A DNA stretch of 58,135 nucleotides, counting the filler, from Streblomastix strix (lineage: Eukaryota): the NCBI GenBank assembly GCA_008636045.1. It is 3 parts of 3 records of this genome, joined end to end, with 100 filler letters (N's around TTAATTAATTAA, not from the genome) between each part and the next. Parts side by side here need not be neighbours in the genome. Positions count along the whole stretch, not along the records: positions 1 to 19,315 come from SNRW01000523.1; 2 more parts are not named here. One strand, written 5' to 3'. Below, piece by piece: positions 1-15,028 of the stretch. The position numbers and the translations under genes are program-made. Positions within the stretch are counted from its first letter, which is position 1. Every line of letters starts with the position of its first letter. Below the pieces are notes generated by a model. The model ran no database searches. It was not told the DNA's origin and saw only the letters and a program-made list of their open reading frames with translations.

Positions 1-3000
1 GATGAACATAAAGATGAATATGAAAATAAATCTGGTATAGTAATAGAGGATTTTTCACTAGAATTAAAATCTTATTTTGCTTATATTGAATTAGTTTCTG
101 GAACTATAATATATGAATTCTTATTGGATTTAAAATTTATTGGCTTATTATTTGGAGGTCGTTTAATTGAACGTAAAGATTAAGATGAAGATGAGCTATG
201 AAGTTATTTAGATATACTCTACTATGAATATGTTGGAGTATTTTATTTATTTTGCTGATATAAATTTATATTCTAAACTTATTTTTTATTCAGTGATTAA
301 TTTGGAGTATTAAAATGATCAGGAGATTTACACTAAAAAGAACCTGATTGTGATTGATTCACTGCATTAATATTTGGAGGATGTAAAGAACTTACTGAAT
401 CTTAATTAATTATCTAATTTAAATTATCATTTTGAGGCATTTATATTTTGTTATTTTACGATTCATCACTATTAGTTGATTTTTAAATTTATGGAGTCAT
501 TTCTATTCCTATTCTATGGTTTTCATTTTTAATACCCTAATCATAACCGGTTTCAATATTTTTCTCTTCTTTATTCTTTCTCCAACAAAAGCATATACAG
601 CAATTAAATATAATTATTACTAGAATTACAGAAGATAAAACGATAATAAGAATAATCCACCAAGAAATGTGAGTAGTTTTATCAACATCATCTTTTTCTT
701 ATTCAATATCGTCTTCTTCAATTATAATTTCTAATGGATATGCTTCATCTTATTTTCCTTCAATTCCTGAGAATATTCTTTTATCATTTGATACAAATAC
801 TCCATAATGTTTATTATCATAATCTAACCAAGAAATGTCATTCATTCCAAATGATGCAGTTTGTAAACTATGAGGAACACCTTCAATAAGAATGGGTTTA
901 CTTGACCCATCATCTGGTGGATATATAATCTCAAAAGCATAATTGCTTATATGTTTTATTTTGCTAATGATCTTTGAATTTATATTTGCTTTAGTAAATA
1001 TTGAATTTGAAGATTTTGTTAGAATGTAAAATTACAGTTATTAAAATCTATTATTATTATTATTATTATTTTGTATTTATATTTCTTTTAATTTATTCAA
1101 CTAGCTTATTTGTCCTTATTCTACAATTTTCACAGCAAATTATCCTTTAATCATATTATATCCTTCAAGATTAATTAATAATGTCTGATTGATATTTGAT
1201 ATATTTAATGTGGCTGATGCTTTTGTAAGATTTGATATTTACATCCAATAAAATTAAAGAGCAGATTATATCTGTTGAATAGATTCTAATGAAAGAATAT
1301 CGAATGACGATTAATTGTTAGGAATTCCTTCAAGATCTTCAAATTAAGAAAATCTATCACTATAATTTCCTTTCGTATATTCTCCTAACATTCCAAATTA
1401 ACACCATTCAATTAATCTACTCATTATTACATATAAGCTTTATCCTCCTGATGAAGCGGAATTATTATATATCTTCATTCCTTTCAAGTTAAGTTTTTAA
1501 CTTGATGGATCATAATCTCCACTTCCAGTTAGGAAGATTCCTCCTCCATATCCTGTTGGAGGAAGATCTTTTGACGTATCAGTAATTGCTTAACATTCTT
1601 TTATCAAAGCATCTTTAATATTGAATATGAATTCGGAAGTAAAATCAATATCAATATATATTGCTCCTCCATTTCCTTTATCAATAATGCATTTATAGAA
1701 TTAACATGAATCTTCAATTATAACTTTACTTCCATGTTTGTTTTCCATATAAATGGCGGATCCTCCTCGACCATTCGAATCTCCAATACTGTTGATGTTA
1801 TTAAATTAGCAGCCTTTAATGGTTGCAGTAATTGGCTATGATCCATTATTTAATATTCGAATAGCATTCCCACCTTTCAATTAAATTTAGATGTTTGAGA
1901 AGGTGCAATTTGATGCAATAAATTATGAGTTATCGTATTTAATATGAATAATTCCTTTTGATTCTGTTGTTGGAGATAATTTGATTCCACTGAATGTATT
2001 TGAATTAAGTTCCAGTAGGGATTTAGAATCTTGAATGTAGATAATTGGAATTAGAAGTTGAGAATTATCCATTATAATATTTAGTCCATAAAGATGCAAT
2101 TATAACCCTTCAAATACTGATATCCATCCTAGTTTTCCATTTTCTTTATTATCATCATTATTTTTTAAAATCTTCATTTCTGCATTTCCTGACATTTCTG
2201 ATGGCGTTCCATACATTTATTTCATTATCTTAATTACATCAGTATGGCAATCACTTTTGTTTAATTGTATTGGAGATTATAAATCATATCCTAATTAATT
2301 GATTCCAATATTCTTCTAATCAACTTTAGTTATTGAGCTTCCTTATTTAATCGAGATTAAATCAATTGCATATTAAATAGTTAGACAAGCTTCATCCCAA
2401 TTTCCACACCATTATTAATCTTATCCATAATATTATCCTCCATTTCTATTTTGAATATGATAAATAGAATTTCTTACATTCCAATAGTATTCTAAAGCTC
2501 TTTATTGAATTTGAATTTATTCATTTTGAAGAATATTGAATGATTATTAATCGATAGGGATACCTTAAAGTTCATTCAAATTAGATATTCCATCTGAATA
2601 ATTTCCTTTTACATATTCACCTGCATTACCAATTATACACCATTCTTTTAATTTTGTCATTGCAACATATAAGCTTTATCCTCCTGATGAAGCGGAATTA
2701 TTATATATCTTCATTCCTTTCAAGTTAAGTTTTTAACTTGATGGATTATATTCTCCACTTCCAGTTAGGAAGATTCCTCCTCCATATCCTGTTGGAGGAA
2801 GATCTTTTGACGTATCAGTAATTGCTTAACATTCTTTTATCAAAGCATCTTTAATATTGAATATGAATTCGGAAGTAAAATCAATATCAATATATATTGC
2901 TCCTCCATTTCCTTTATCAATAATGCATTTATAGAATTAACATGAATCTTCAATTATAACTTTACTTCCATGTTTGTTTTCCATATAAATGGCGGATCCT

Positions 3001-6000
3001 CCTCGACCATTCGAATCTCCAATACTGTTGATGTTATTAAATTAGCAGCCTTTAATGGTTGCAGTAATTGGCTATGATCCATTATTTAATATTCGAATAG
3101 CATTCCCACCTTTCAATTAAATTTAGATGTTTGAGAAGGTGCAATTTGATGCAATAAATTATGAGTTATCGTATTTAATATGAATAATTCCTTTTGATTC
3201 TGTTGTTGGAGATAATTTGATTCCACTGAATGTATTTGAATTAAGTTCCAGTAGGGATTTAGAATCTTGAATGTAGATAATTGGAATTAGAAGTTGAGAA
3301 TTATCCATTATAATATTTAGTCCATAAAGATGCAATTATAATCCTTCAAATACTGATATCCATCCGAGTTTTCCATTTTCTTTATTATTATCATTATTCT
3401 TTATGATTTTGAATTCAGTATTTCCTGACATTTCTAATGGCGTTCCATACATTTATTTCATTATCTTAATTGCATCTGTATGACTACCACTTTTGTTTAA
3501 TTATATTGGAGATAATAAATCATATCCATATTAACTGATTCCAATATTTTTTTCTTCAATAACTTATGTTTCTGATCCTCCAATATTAAGTGAGATTTGC
3601 CGTATCGCATATTCAATTGTTTTGCATGGTTAATTTGTTTATCCACAGTTTAATGCATCTGTTCCATTTTATGATCCAAATCGTTACTAAACATGCCAGA
3701 TTGAATATGATGGAATTGCGGTTCTCCAATAATTTTCTAAAGTCTTTTAATTACTAATAATGGATTACTTAGAAGAAAGACTAATAAAGAGAAAGTCTTT
3801 TATAAATCCTTAAAGATCGTTTTCATTTGAATTTGTATCACTGTAATTACCTTTAACGTATTCTCCTAACAATCCGTATTCGCACCAATCTTCCAATTTA
3901 TTCATAATTACAAACAAGCTTTATCCTCCTGATGAGGCAGAATTATTATAAATCTTCATTCCTTTCAAGTTAAGTTTTTAAGTTGATGGATTATAATCGC
4001 CATATTAGCCAATAAAGATTCCACCTCCAAATCCTGATAAATTTGTGGCTGAAACAGGTGTAACTGCTTAACAATTTTGAATTAGAGCATCCCTGATAAC
4101 AAATGAACTAGATGAGTCCTACATATTGGGAATTTCTGCATAAATTCCTCCTCCATTTCCTGAATTTGCGTTGCATTCTTTAAATTCGCATGAATTTTCA
4201 ATGGTTATTTATCCAGCCAAAGTGATTATAGCGCACAGTCCTCCACCACTTTTTGCTTAGCATTATAAAAATTATGTTCGTGTTAATGTAAATTGTGCAT
4301 TTGAATTCGATATTAATGTATAAATAGCACCTCCATTAGTATCTTGAGCTTGGCAAGCAGTAAATTTACAATTTGAAATATCTAATTTATTTGATTAGAA
4401 ATATAATACAGCTTTTATTGCTCCGCCAATAACTGTGTTCCCAATCTTTGTTATATTCTCAAATTAACTGTCAGTAATAAGTACTGATCCTGTTGTAAAG
4501 AAATTGATTGTAATGATGTTATCATAAGAAGAAATATCCTTCGAATTCAAATTAGAAATTATATGGTTATCACTATAATTTAATCGAATAAGAGATCTTC
4601 CAATTAATGATCCAGCATTCTACATGTGAAACTGACAGTCATGTAGATCAATTTCAGCCCATATTGCTAATCCATAAATTCCTGGAAGATCTTAATATCC
4701 AGTGTTCTCCATTATAAAATTTATTAGTTAGAATCTAGCTTTTCCAAAACAATTGAATACACCAGGAGATATAAATAGAATACTACTTAACTGAGTGCTA
4801 TCTAATGGATAGTTCCTGAATGTACGCGGTGTGAGTGCAATCTATATTGCTAGCGTATTAGTTATGGAAGTGCTGTCATATATATAAACAAAATATGCAT
4901 TAATACTGTTGATATTAGAAATTATAACAGATGCATTTAATGTCTTACAAGGATTTGATAAGGTGCATTGCTAGGCATCGTTTCCAGTTGATTTAACATA
5001 ATATTCATTTCTACCTGCATTCCAATAATCTTTAAGATAATTCTATTGTTAATTAATAGTACCAGTTGAATAAGAATTGAATGTTGCTGAATCTACAGGA
5101 ATTCCTTAGAGTTCATTTAAATTAGATATTCCATCAGTGTTATTTCCTTTCACATATTCACCTGCTGTTCCTCTTCTAGACCAATCTACAACTTTTGTCA
5201 TAGCAACATACAAGCTTTATCCAGCTTTATCAGCAGTATTATTATATATCTTCATCTTTCTGAAATCGAGCATCTTTGACAAAGAATCATAATCACCATA
5301 TCCAGTTAGAAATATTCCTCCTCCATATCCGGTTGGTGGAATATCTTTAGTTGTATCAGCTAATGCTTTACACCTAAACAAAGATATATTGACCATCTTG
5401 AATTCGGAAGATGCACCAAAGTCTATACTAACATAGATACCTCCTCCATTCCCTTTTATACATTTGCAATCCTCTGCTGTGATTTGATTTATTTGTATGT
5501 AACCTTTCGAATCACTGACAATATGAGTACCTCCTCCACGAGATACGGATGAACAGTTGGTGAATGACAGTTACTCAATATAAACATGCGCTTGTAGCTA
5601 ACTCAATAAATACATCCCACCTCCTTTATTAGAACTTTAGCAATCTTCGAATTAAATCTGATTAATAGTAAGCTTAGAGTTTATACCACTAATTACAGTA
5701 TACAAAGCTCCACCAACATTACCAGTACAATTCTTGAATTTAATCAACCCTTCAAAAGTAGATGTAGATCCTGCAGAAATATCAAGTCTAATCGCACCAC
5801 CGTTTGCTATTGATGTACAATTAGTGAAAGTGCAATCGATAATGTTTATTGATGATCCATTGGAAACCTAAACACTTAATGCTCCTCCGTTTTATGTAGT
5901 ATAACAATTGGAGAATGTGCAATTATTGATTATGTATATATCATAATGATAGTGAATGTTGATTTGACGATTACTTACTCCATCATAAATTTAGTTTTCC

Positions 6001-6074
6001 ATTGTAACAGTAGCTGCAGATACAATAAATGAATCTTTGATTATAAAACATGATATTAACATGAGTAGAATCAT
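1..6074 (-). CDS. Large type I membrane surface protein with right-handed beta-helix (pectin lyase/POMP-like GGA repeats); 3' end runs off the window
   Basis: With TAA/TAG=Gln the frame starts MILLMLISCFIIKDSFIVSAATV (signal-like). Repeated F-x-N-C...GGA(I/L)/GGG(I/M)Y motifs follow (NNCTFSNCYTTQNGGALSV, DCTFTNCTSIANGGAIRL, CIKGNGGGIYVSIDF). A TM helix WWIILIIVLSSVILVIIIFNCCICFCW followed by RKNK lies at ~580-665, then an S/P/Q/N-rich tail. Confidence 0.85.
1429..3560. repeat. Intragenic tandem duplication, period 1236 bp (412 codons)
   Basis: 1429-2105 is near-identical to 2665-3341 and similarity continues, more diverged, to ~2320/3560. The anchor AAGCTTTATCC recurs at 1435, 2671, 3916 and 5212. 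Confidence 0.95.
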
Positions 6075-7762
6075 ATTATTATTATATCGTGTTATTCTCT
6101 TACGTTTCTGATATATATATTAAGAATTAATTCTGAGAAGAAGTGATATGATAAATGATATGAATGAACAAAGCATTGCAATTGTATTAATCAATTAGGA
6201 GAATCTAATTTTTTAATTAAATGATTTGAATTAATATTATTGTTTAACAACGAGTGAATCGTGGTTTGTAATGATGTCACCTTCATTTGGAAATGCACCG
6301 GTTTTCATTTAACTGTCGAGTACGCCATTTATGGGAAGCAATGGTAGAGAATTGATAGACATTATGGGAAAACTATCATTCATCTTTATACAAAAAATAT
6401 TTTAGGATTTATGGAACTGCTAAAAGCAAATGAAACACAAGTCTAAAGTTTAATAAATGCCAGAAAATGAGCAAATTGATATATTACTATCTCTATGTAT
6501 ACGCAGATATATATTCTAGTCATATATGTCTTGAATAATTGAATTTATTGATGATTGACGATTAATTTTATTTCTTGAAGTCAAATTCAGCATATTTGTA
6601 TAACATGAGGTTCGATGTGTAATGAAATTGTTGTCAGAGTCAAGTTGTCTGGTGTGGCTATTATTATTTCGTATAATCACTATTTCTTTCTAGCAGAATT
6701 CATCAATTTTCTGATTGTGTTTCGGTAAAATACTTTATCGAGCTTTAAAATATGAACTTGCAGGAATTTAAGAGCTATAACGATTTATCTTATCAATATT
6801 TATGAAAATTTAAGATATTGCAAGCATGCTTCGTTCCAAAACACTAATTTTGTTTGTATTATCGTTAATCTCGTTCAATAAGTAATATTTCGTTGGGTCG
6901 ATGGATTAAATGAAGTGAATAGCATTTACAATAGAACAGGCAAGTAGAAATATCGCAATAGTACTGAAATATTATGTTTGCGGTGTGATTTATAATTGGC
7001 GAGTTTATTCTCGTTCTATAGCAACAAAAAGCATCTTAATATAGTTAAAAGTAAATAATATTAGAATATAAAAATAAATTATTAATATTTTTTATTAGAC
7101 CTTTGGACTTAAACTAAACCAATCAAGATAAAAATCGGTGGAATAAAAAACATTACTAACAAAATTTATTTTATAAAATTTAATTGTTTATTAGTATGAT
7201 TAATGTAATGATAAATCTTTTACATTTCATTTTATAAATAAGTTTCATATAAATAGACCTTCAGCAAAGTTCAATATAATTTTCATTTTTCATCATTGAA
7301 TGCTTGTTAGAATTATGAAAATGTTGTTGACTTCATTTTTCGCATAATAAGCATTGTATGCAATGCTGTGCATATCCCAAACGACTTCTCCAGCTTCTGA
7401 ATCGTGATATAAGAACAAATGAGATTCAATTTCATCTATTCCATTTTATTCTTCAAATTGTTCTTCCACATATTTGATAAGAAATCTTATTTATCATCCA
7501 TGATATAAATGCGAAAATTTAATAGAAAGTTCGTAATGATTAAAAAAAAAGTATTCTTTTCATGGTTATAAATTTTGTTAATAATATATTTAAAATATTT
7601 TATTATTCACATTAATTAATATTTATTTGAATTAATACCAAATAGATTTCTAGCTCAAAATATAAATTAATTCGGTTCAAGTATAACTAGTTCTTTTTCA
7701 GCTGAGAAATCTAACAAAATATATCATTATAACTACAGAAGAAGATACAACAGACAGCCTCT

Positions 7763-8575
7763 ATGACAACAGATGCTAGTAGAACTGGATGGGGAGCGGT
7801 ACTGAAGCTGGGTTAATCAGAATTACTTCAAGCCTCGACATGGAAGAAACCAATGAGTCTTAGATCCAGCAACTAGAGGGAAGCGAGAGCAATTCTTTAC
7901 GCGCTGAGAAAGTTCAAACTGTAACTTGCGGGCATAGATCAATTGACGGTTCAAACGGATAATTAAGTCGCTGTTATGAACCTTTAACGGAAAGTATCTG
8001 CAGCCCCACTAGCGACAACAATGAGATTAATCTTCCAAGATGCAATGCAAATGGGATTGATGTTGCATGCAGTGCATATTATGGGAGTGGATAATAGGTA
8101 AGCTGACGCATTGAATAGACTCGAACTAGTAGGAGATTATCAAATAAGAACAAAATATCCGACTACTGCCCTACTATAACTAGGTCTCACTCTACAGGAG
8201 TACATGTTTGCAACTAAGAAAAATGCGAAGTGCACAATATATTACTCCCTAACATAGGAAGAGGCAGCAGCAGGTACAGTAGGAATTCAAGATGTTTGGG
8301 AGAACAAAGTAATTCTTATTAATCCACCACTAACACTAATTGGCAAAGTAGTACAGAAACTTCGCACAGTACTCAATTGCACAGCAGTAGTGATAGCGAT
8401 GGACTGGCCGAATCAATGGTGGTCTCAGCAACTGCAAAACATGGCATCGGATTAGATTATTCTGGGTAATTCCGAACGAATACTCAAAGAAGGCCCCTCA
8501 ATGAAGCACAGAAATATGAAACTACCTCCAGGAAGAGTAATACTATCCGTGATAAGAACTGGAGAAGAGATATAA
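7763..8575 (+). pseudogene. RNase H plus N6-adenine methyltransferase-like C-terminal part of DIRS pol (frameshifted)
   Basis: TDAS..GWGA, the E and D catalytic motifs and an NPP motif are present. Frame breaks occur between motifs. Confidence 0.8.
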
Positions 8576-9556
8576 TCTTCAACTAATTTGCAATTGCTAA
8601 TCGATTATAAATAGAAGAGTAAGAGTCTTTGATTTGGGAGATGGGACCCATTCTTTGGAGAACACGAAGAGATGCACTTTCAAATCAGGATGTTTATCTT
8701 AAATCGAAAAACAAGAATGCTTCATCTCTTCTTAAAGGAAATGTTGTTCAAAACTTTAGAACGTCGCTTGATTGAATACAAAAGATGGGTAAATCTAATT
8801 AATAAATGGTTGCAATTAGAATAGGGGTATGTTCAATTTTTGCATTATTCATATACAGCAAAGACTTCACAAGATCTCCATTAATCTCAACTGTTATGAG
8901 ACAGATTGTGTCTGGAATAGTAAAGAAACCAAGATATTGCAAAGCCTGGAACTTTAGCATGCTACTAGACTTCGAAGGTCTTAAGAGCAATGAGAAGACA
9001 CAATAAAGTGTTATACTGCATGTGTTAATATTATTAGAAGCTTATTTTACTTTGCGTGGCTCATAACTTGCGCTGATTACTAAGAAATAAATTACAATGG
9101 ACACTGACTAAATTAAGACTATTGATTCAAAAAGAAATGCAAACAATGGCTGCAAAGAAATTAAAATAAGACCAAGATTCAATAAAACGATTTGTCCATA
9201 AGTTGCACTTTCCAAACGGATTGAAATGTTGAACAATAGATTTCCCAACTAGAATTCAGTTCGGTTAAACAAAATGAAACATCTATGCATCAGATTTAGG
9301 CGTTAGAGATTTGATTAGAACAAGAATTAGGTAAGCAGGAATAAGTAAAGAATATGGGTCTAATACAATAAGACATTCAGTAAGGACTCAATTTAGAAAA
9401 TCTAATCTTTCACAGAAATAAGTCAACAAGCTTACAGATCACGCCCAGGGTTCCATAGTAGTAGATGAATACTATAACAAACCGGGTCACCCTCTAGGCT
9501 TAGATGACTTCATCAGTCAAAGTGTGCCAGCCACTTTGATTGATGCTCCCAAGTAA
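8570..9556 (+). pseudogene. Tyrosine recombinase of the DIRS element (disrupted)
   Basis: KKPRYCKAWNFSMLLDF, FTLRGSQL (catalytic R), TICPQVAL, YGSNTIRHS (HxxR-like) and LTDHAQGSIVVDEYYNKP (H and catalytic Y). In-frame TGA and frameshifts are present. Confidence 0.8.
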
Positions 9557-11489
9557 CCTCTATGAAACTCTCAAACAATAAAGAGTGAGGAAATCACTTT
9601 GTGTTGTAATAAAATCAGAATGAAACGATTGATTTTGTTAGTCACAAACAAGTGACAACCCACTTTTTATGAGCCCACCAAAGGCAATTCATACATATGC
9701 CATATGTATAATAATATATTTTATCTTTAATAATCATTTCCTCCCCACTTTTAATTCATATTTCTTTCTTTTCTTTTCTTTTTTTAACAAATATTTAGTT
9801 AACTATAACTGAGATTAGTTCTGTTGTATTCATTTATTGACCTGCGAATTTATACTCGACAGGTGGATATGGGCAATTAATTAATATAACTTATGAGTTA
9901 GCAGCCTCGATTGAAGAGTACCTTGAGAGCTATCATTTCAATCAAAATGAGGGAAAGAACCAATCAATATATTGCCTTCCAGTTACTAGTTTTTTCCAGA
10001 TTCATCTTGAATTTTTTGCTCTCTGATGTAGCTTCCTATGCGCCATCAATGTAAGACAGTCGAGATGAAGCAATTAGGGAGATGGAATGAAAGAATCGAT
10101 ATAACTTTGTATAAACAGCATGTATGGCAGCAAGCAGGGGAGATTGTTTGAGACTTCCATCAATATTACCTTACATTTATATCTATTATAAAAATGACCT
10201 ACAGGTTTCAACCTCTAATACTTCAATCACGGTGAAGTTAGTTATTATGATCAAGATGGCATGATGAGTGAGAAAATACAATCGACAACCATGAGCATTC
10301 TGTCGTCACTCTTGAACTGCGCGACTTTTAGGCAACAAATGATTCTCATTTATTGATGAAATTAATTTTATTTGACTTACATGTAAACTGACGCACCGCC
10401 TCTGAAACGGGAAAGAAGGTGAACAAAGAAAAAAAAAAGCAAACGTTTTATTGTTTTTACTTATAAATATGTTCTCTTCACGCTGTTTCGAGCATTTCCA
10501 CTTCACTTTGATCAACCTTGACCCGTACGCGAAGGCTGTAATCAGAGCATTTCATAATTCGCATCTCAAACAAAAAAATAGGTTGTCACTTGTTTATGTC
10601 TAACATTTTAAATCTATTATATCAATATTATCAAAAATCTAAACAATCATAAGTAAAAATAATTACTCAATAATAATATATATAGATCATAAAAAATATT
10701 ACCTTCTATTTAATACTAACCTTTTTCTTCTTCATAATCTTCTAAATATTCTTAAAATTCTATTTTTTCAGTTCTTTTAAATTAATAACCAACTTTCATC
10801 TACATTATTATTCAGTAAATTTTTCATTCATCTTCATTTTATTCTTCTTCATCATTCAATTCACATGCTCTTACATCTTAATATTCTCACCATCTGAAAA
10901 ACTTTGAATAAACACCATCTTCATTAGAAATGCAATAATACTATTAACATTAATTGTTAATATCTTATTCTTATTATTAATCTACTCAATTCAAAAATCA
11001 AAATCAACTTCATTTTTATCTGAATTCAATTTTGATTAAATTTCAAAAATGCACAGCGAAAGCTCAGTTGAAAGTATGAAAGAATGCCTATATTAAAATT
11101 TATTGATATGCAAAGATAGTGAGTAAAAATAAGAATATGTTATTTAAATATAAATTTAAAATCATGAAATTTTCAATCAATCTATATAAAAAAAGAATAT
11201 TTAGAGTTGAGAATGATTATATTAAATTTAAGGAATGTCTCTACTTTTAACTATAAAGAAATTAAAAATAAAAATTAATACGATGATTATATTTTTAAAA
11301 TTCCAAAAAACATTTTTCAAATCTTCACCCATTCATTCAATATTGTTATTTTTATCAATATATTTTAATAAAAATAAAAAATAAATTATTTTAAAAATAA
11401 CTATTTCCAATAACTCTTTCAATTTGAAATTATTTTAAAAAAAACTTTTAATTTTTGGGGCTACAATTTCGTCTTGACTTCAAATTGCA

Positions 11490-12761
11490 ATGTCTCAGCA
11501 AATCATCAAAATAGTTTGGGAAGCGACGAATGAAATCAGGAAAATATAAGTGGATGAAGATAAATGGCTTGATGGAGTGATAGAAAAAGTCCGAGATTTA
11601 TTTGGAGTTTGCAAGATTGGGGCTGATGAAGAGCCAAATATTCGATTGTGGTATATAGACAATCATGGAGATGCTATATATGTGTCAACATCAGAAGAAT
11701 TGAGGATTGGATTGAGATCAGGGTTGCGTAGCGAGCTTGTTTTATTTGGAAGTTTACTCCAAAGAAATTCATCATCTGATTAAAGTGGGAGTAACCAATC
11801 CGAAAGATATGAAACTAAAATTAGTCGAGAAAGATAAGTGATAAAAAGATATTATTCAGGGAAGGTTCAAATACCAAATGAAGATGAAAAAGAAAATCCT
11901 TTTCTTAATTTTAGAGGAATGAATAGAAAATTCCATGGTTTGTGTGAAATGTTTGGAAATAGGAATTCAAATGAATAATTTGGATTGAATAATGAAAGAC
12001 AAAAGATGTTTGATGGAAAGAATCTGTGGAAAGGAATTGTTGATTCGATTGGAAGATTTACAGGAAAAGGAAGTATTGAAAGCGAAAGAATGATTTAATC
12101 ATTTATTCAGAAGATTCTATAATCACATTCATAATTTGGTAGATAAGAAGATTAAAGCTAAAGGTAATCAAATGAAACAAATTAGAAATCAGAAAGTTAA
12201 TCTGAATCATAATCATCTGAGAAAAAGAAAGAAAGAGAAAAAACTAAAGATGAATAATTGTTATGGAATACAATGTTTGAAGATTTCGGACTTGAAGCTG
12301 AACGACAAGGATCTTAAAAATAAGAGAAAGAAAAAGAAAAAGATAATAAATAATAATAATCAGATGAACATAGATAGAATAATAATAGTGAATATGAATA
12401 TCCACAAATGTGGCATTAGTTTGGTGATATGGCTCTTCAATTTCTGAATCAGATGAATAAGAACAGATCAAATGGATTTGAATAATAGAATTTGAGATGT
12501 TCATAAGATTAGATTGGATAGCATGATAGAACAGAAGACTTCCTTGCATGGGAAGGAATCCGTCAATAACAAATACAAACTCAGACACAAACACAACATC
12601 AATAATAATCATCATCATCTTCTTCTTCTTCAACATCAATACCCATTGAATTTGCTAAAGGATCATCAGTTGAAGGATAAACTGGATCAGAAGACAAAGT
12701 TGAAGAAAAGAAAGAATGAAAGATTCCAGTTGCTTTGTTTATAAATTTTACTGTTAATTGA
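11490..12761 (+). CDS. PB1-domain protein with low-complexity C-terminal region
   Basis: MSQQIIKIVW...IRLWYIDNHGDAIYVSTSEELRIGL carries the PB1 basic Lys and an OPCA-like motif (Y-x-D-x-x-G-D-x8-E). The frame continues with TAA/TAG=Gln to TGA at 12759-12761. Confidence 0.7.
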
Positions 12762-13113
12762 CTTAATCAATATCATTCACATTTCTATTTCAATTTTTTT
12801 GTGAATATATACGAAATATTAACAAGTTTTTAAAATTCACTTTTAAATTAATTCTCATTTTATTCGACTACCATGATGTCAAATGAATAAAATTAATCTT
12901 CTGATGACTAAAAATTGATATAGATATCAGATTTAATAAAAAAATCTTATGATACATTTGTGGTGACATAATTAAAATAATCTTTGATTCAATAATTTTA
13001 TTTATTAAGTTCAACTCTGTGGTGATTAAATAAATAAATGAGAATAAACTGTTATATATAGTGGCATGCTAGTCTATTCTTTGATTTTTCTTTCTAATAT
13101 CATCTTTTCTATT

Positions 13114-15028
<1,915 letters not shown>

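Larger units (their letters stand above)
7700..9670 (+). mobile_element. 5'-truncated, decayed DIRS-type tyrosine-recombinase retrotransposon
   Basis: RNase H motifs MTTDASRTGWGAVL (7763), SSNQREARAIL, VQTDN and ADALNR. DIRS-type methyltransferase-like motifs MFATKKNAKC, INPPLTLIGKVVQKL and DWPNQWW. Tyrosine recombinase motifs follow. RH-MT-YR is the canonical DIRS order. No RT is seen upstream. Confidence 0.85.

Noticed and set aside
6240..7520. Coding-like fragments between the surface protein gene and the DIRS element
   Set aside because: Short broken frames with no motif I can assign; probably decayed mobile or viral DNA.
10690..11100. Minus-strand acidic, coding-like stretch
   Set aside because: Multiple TGA stops and no recognisable domain.
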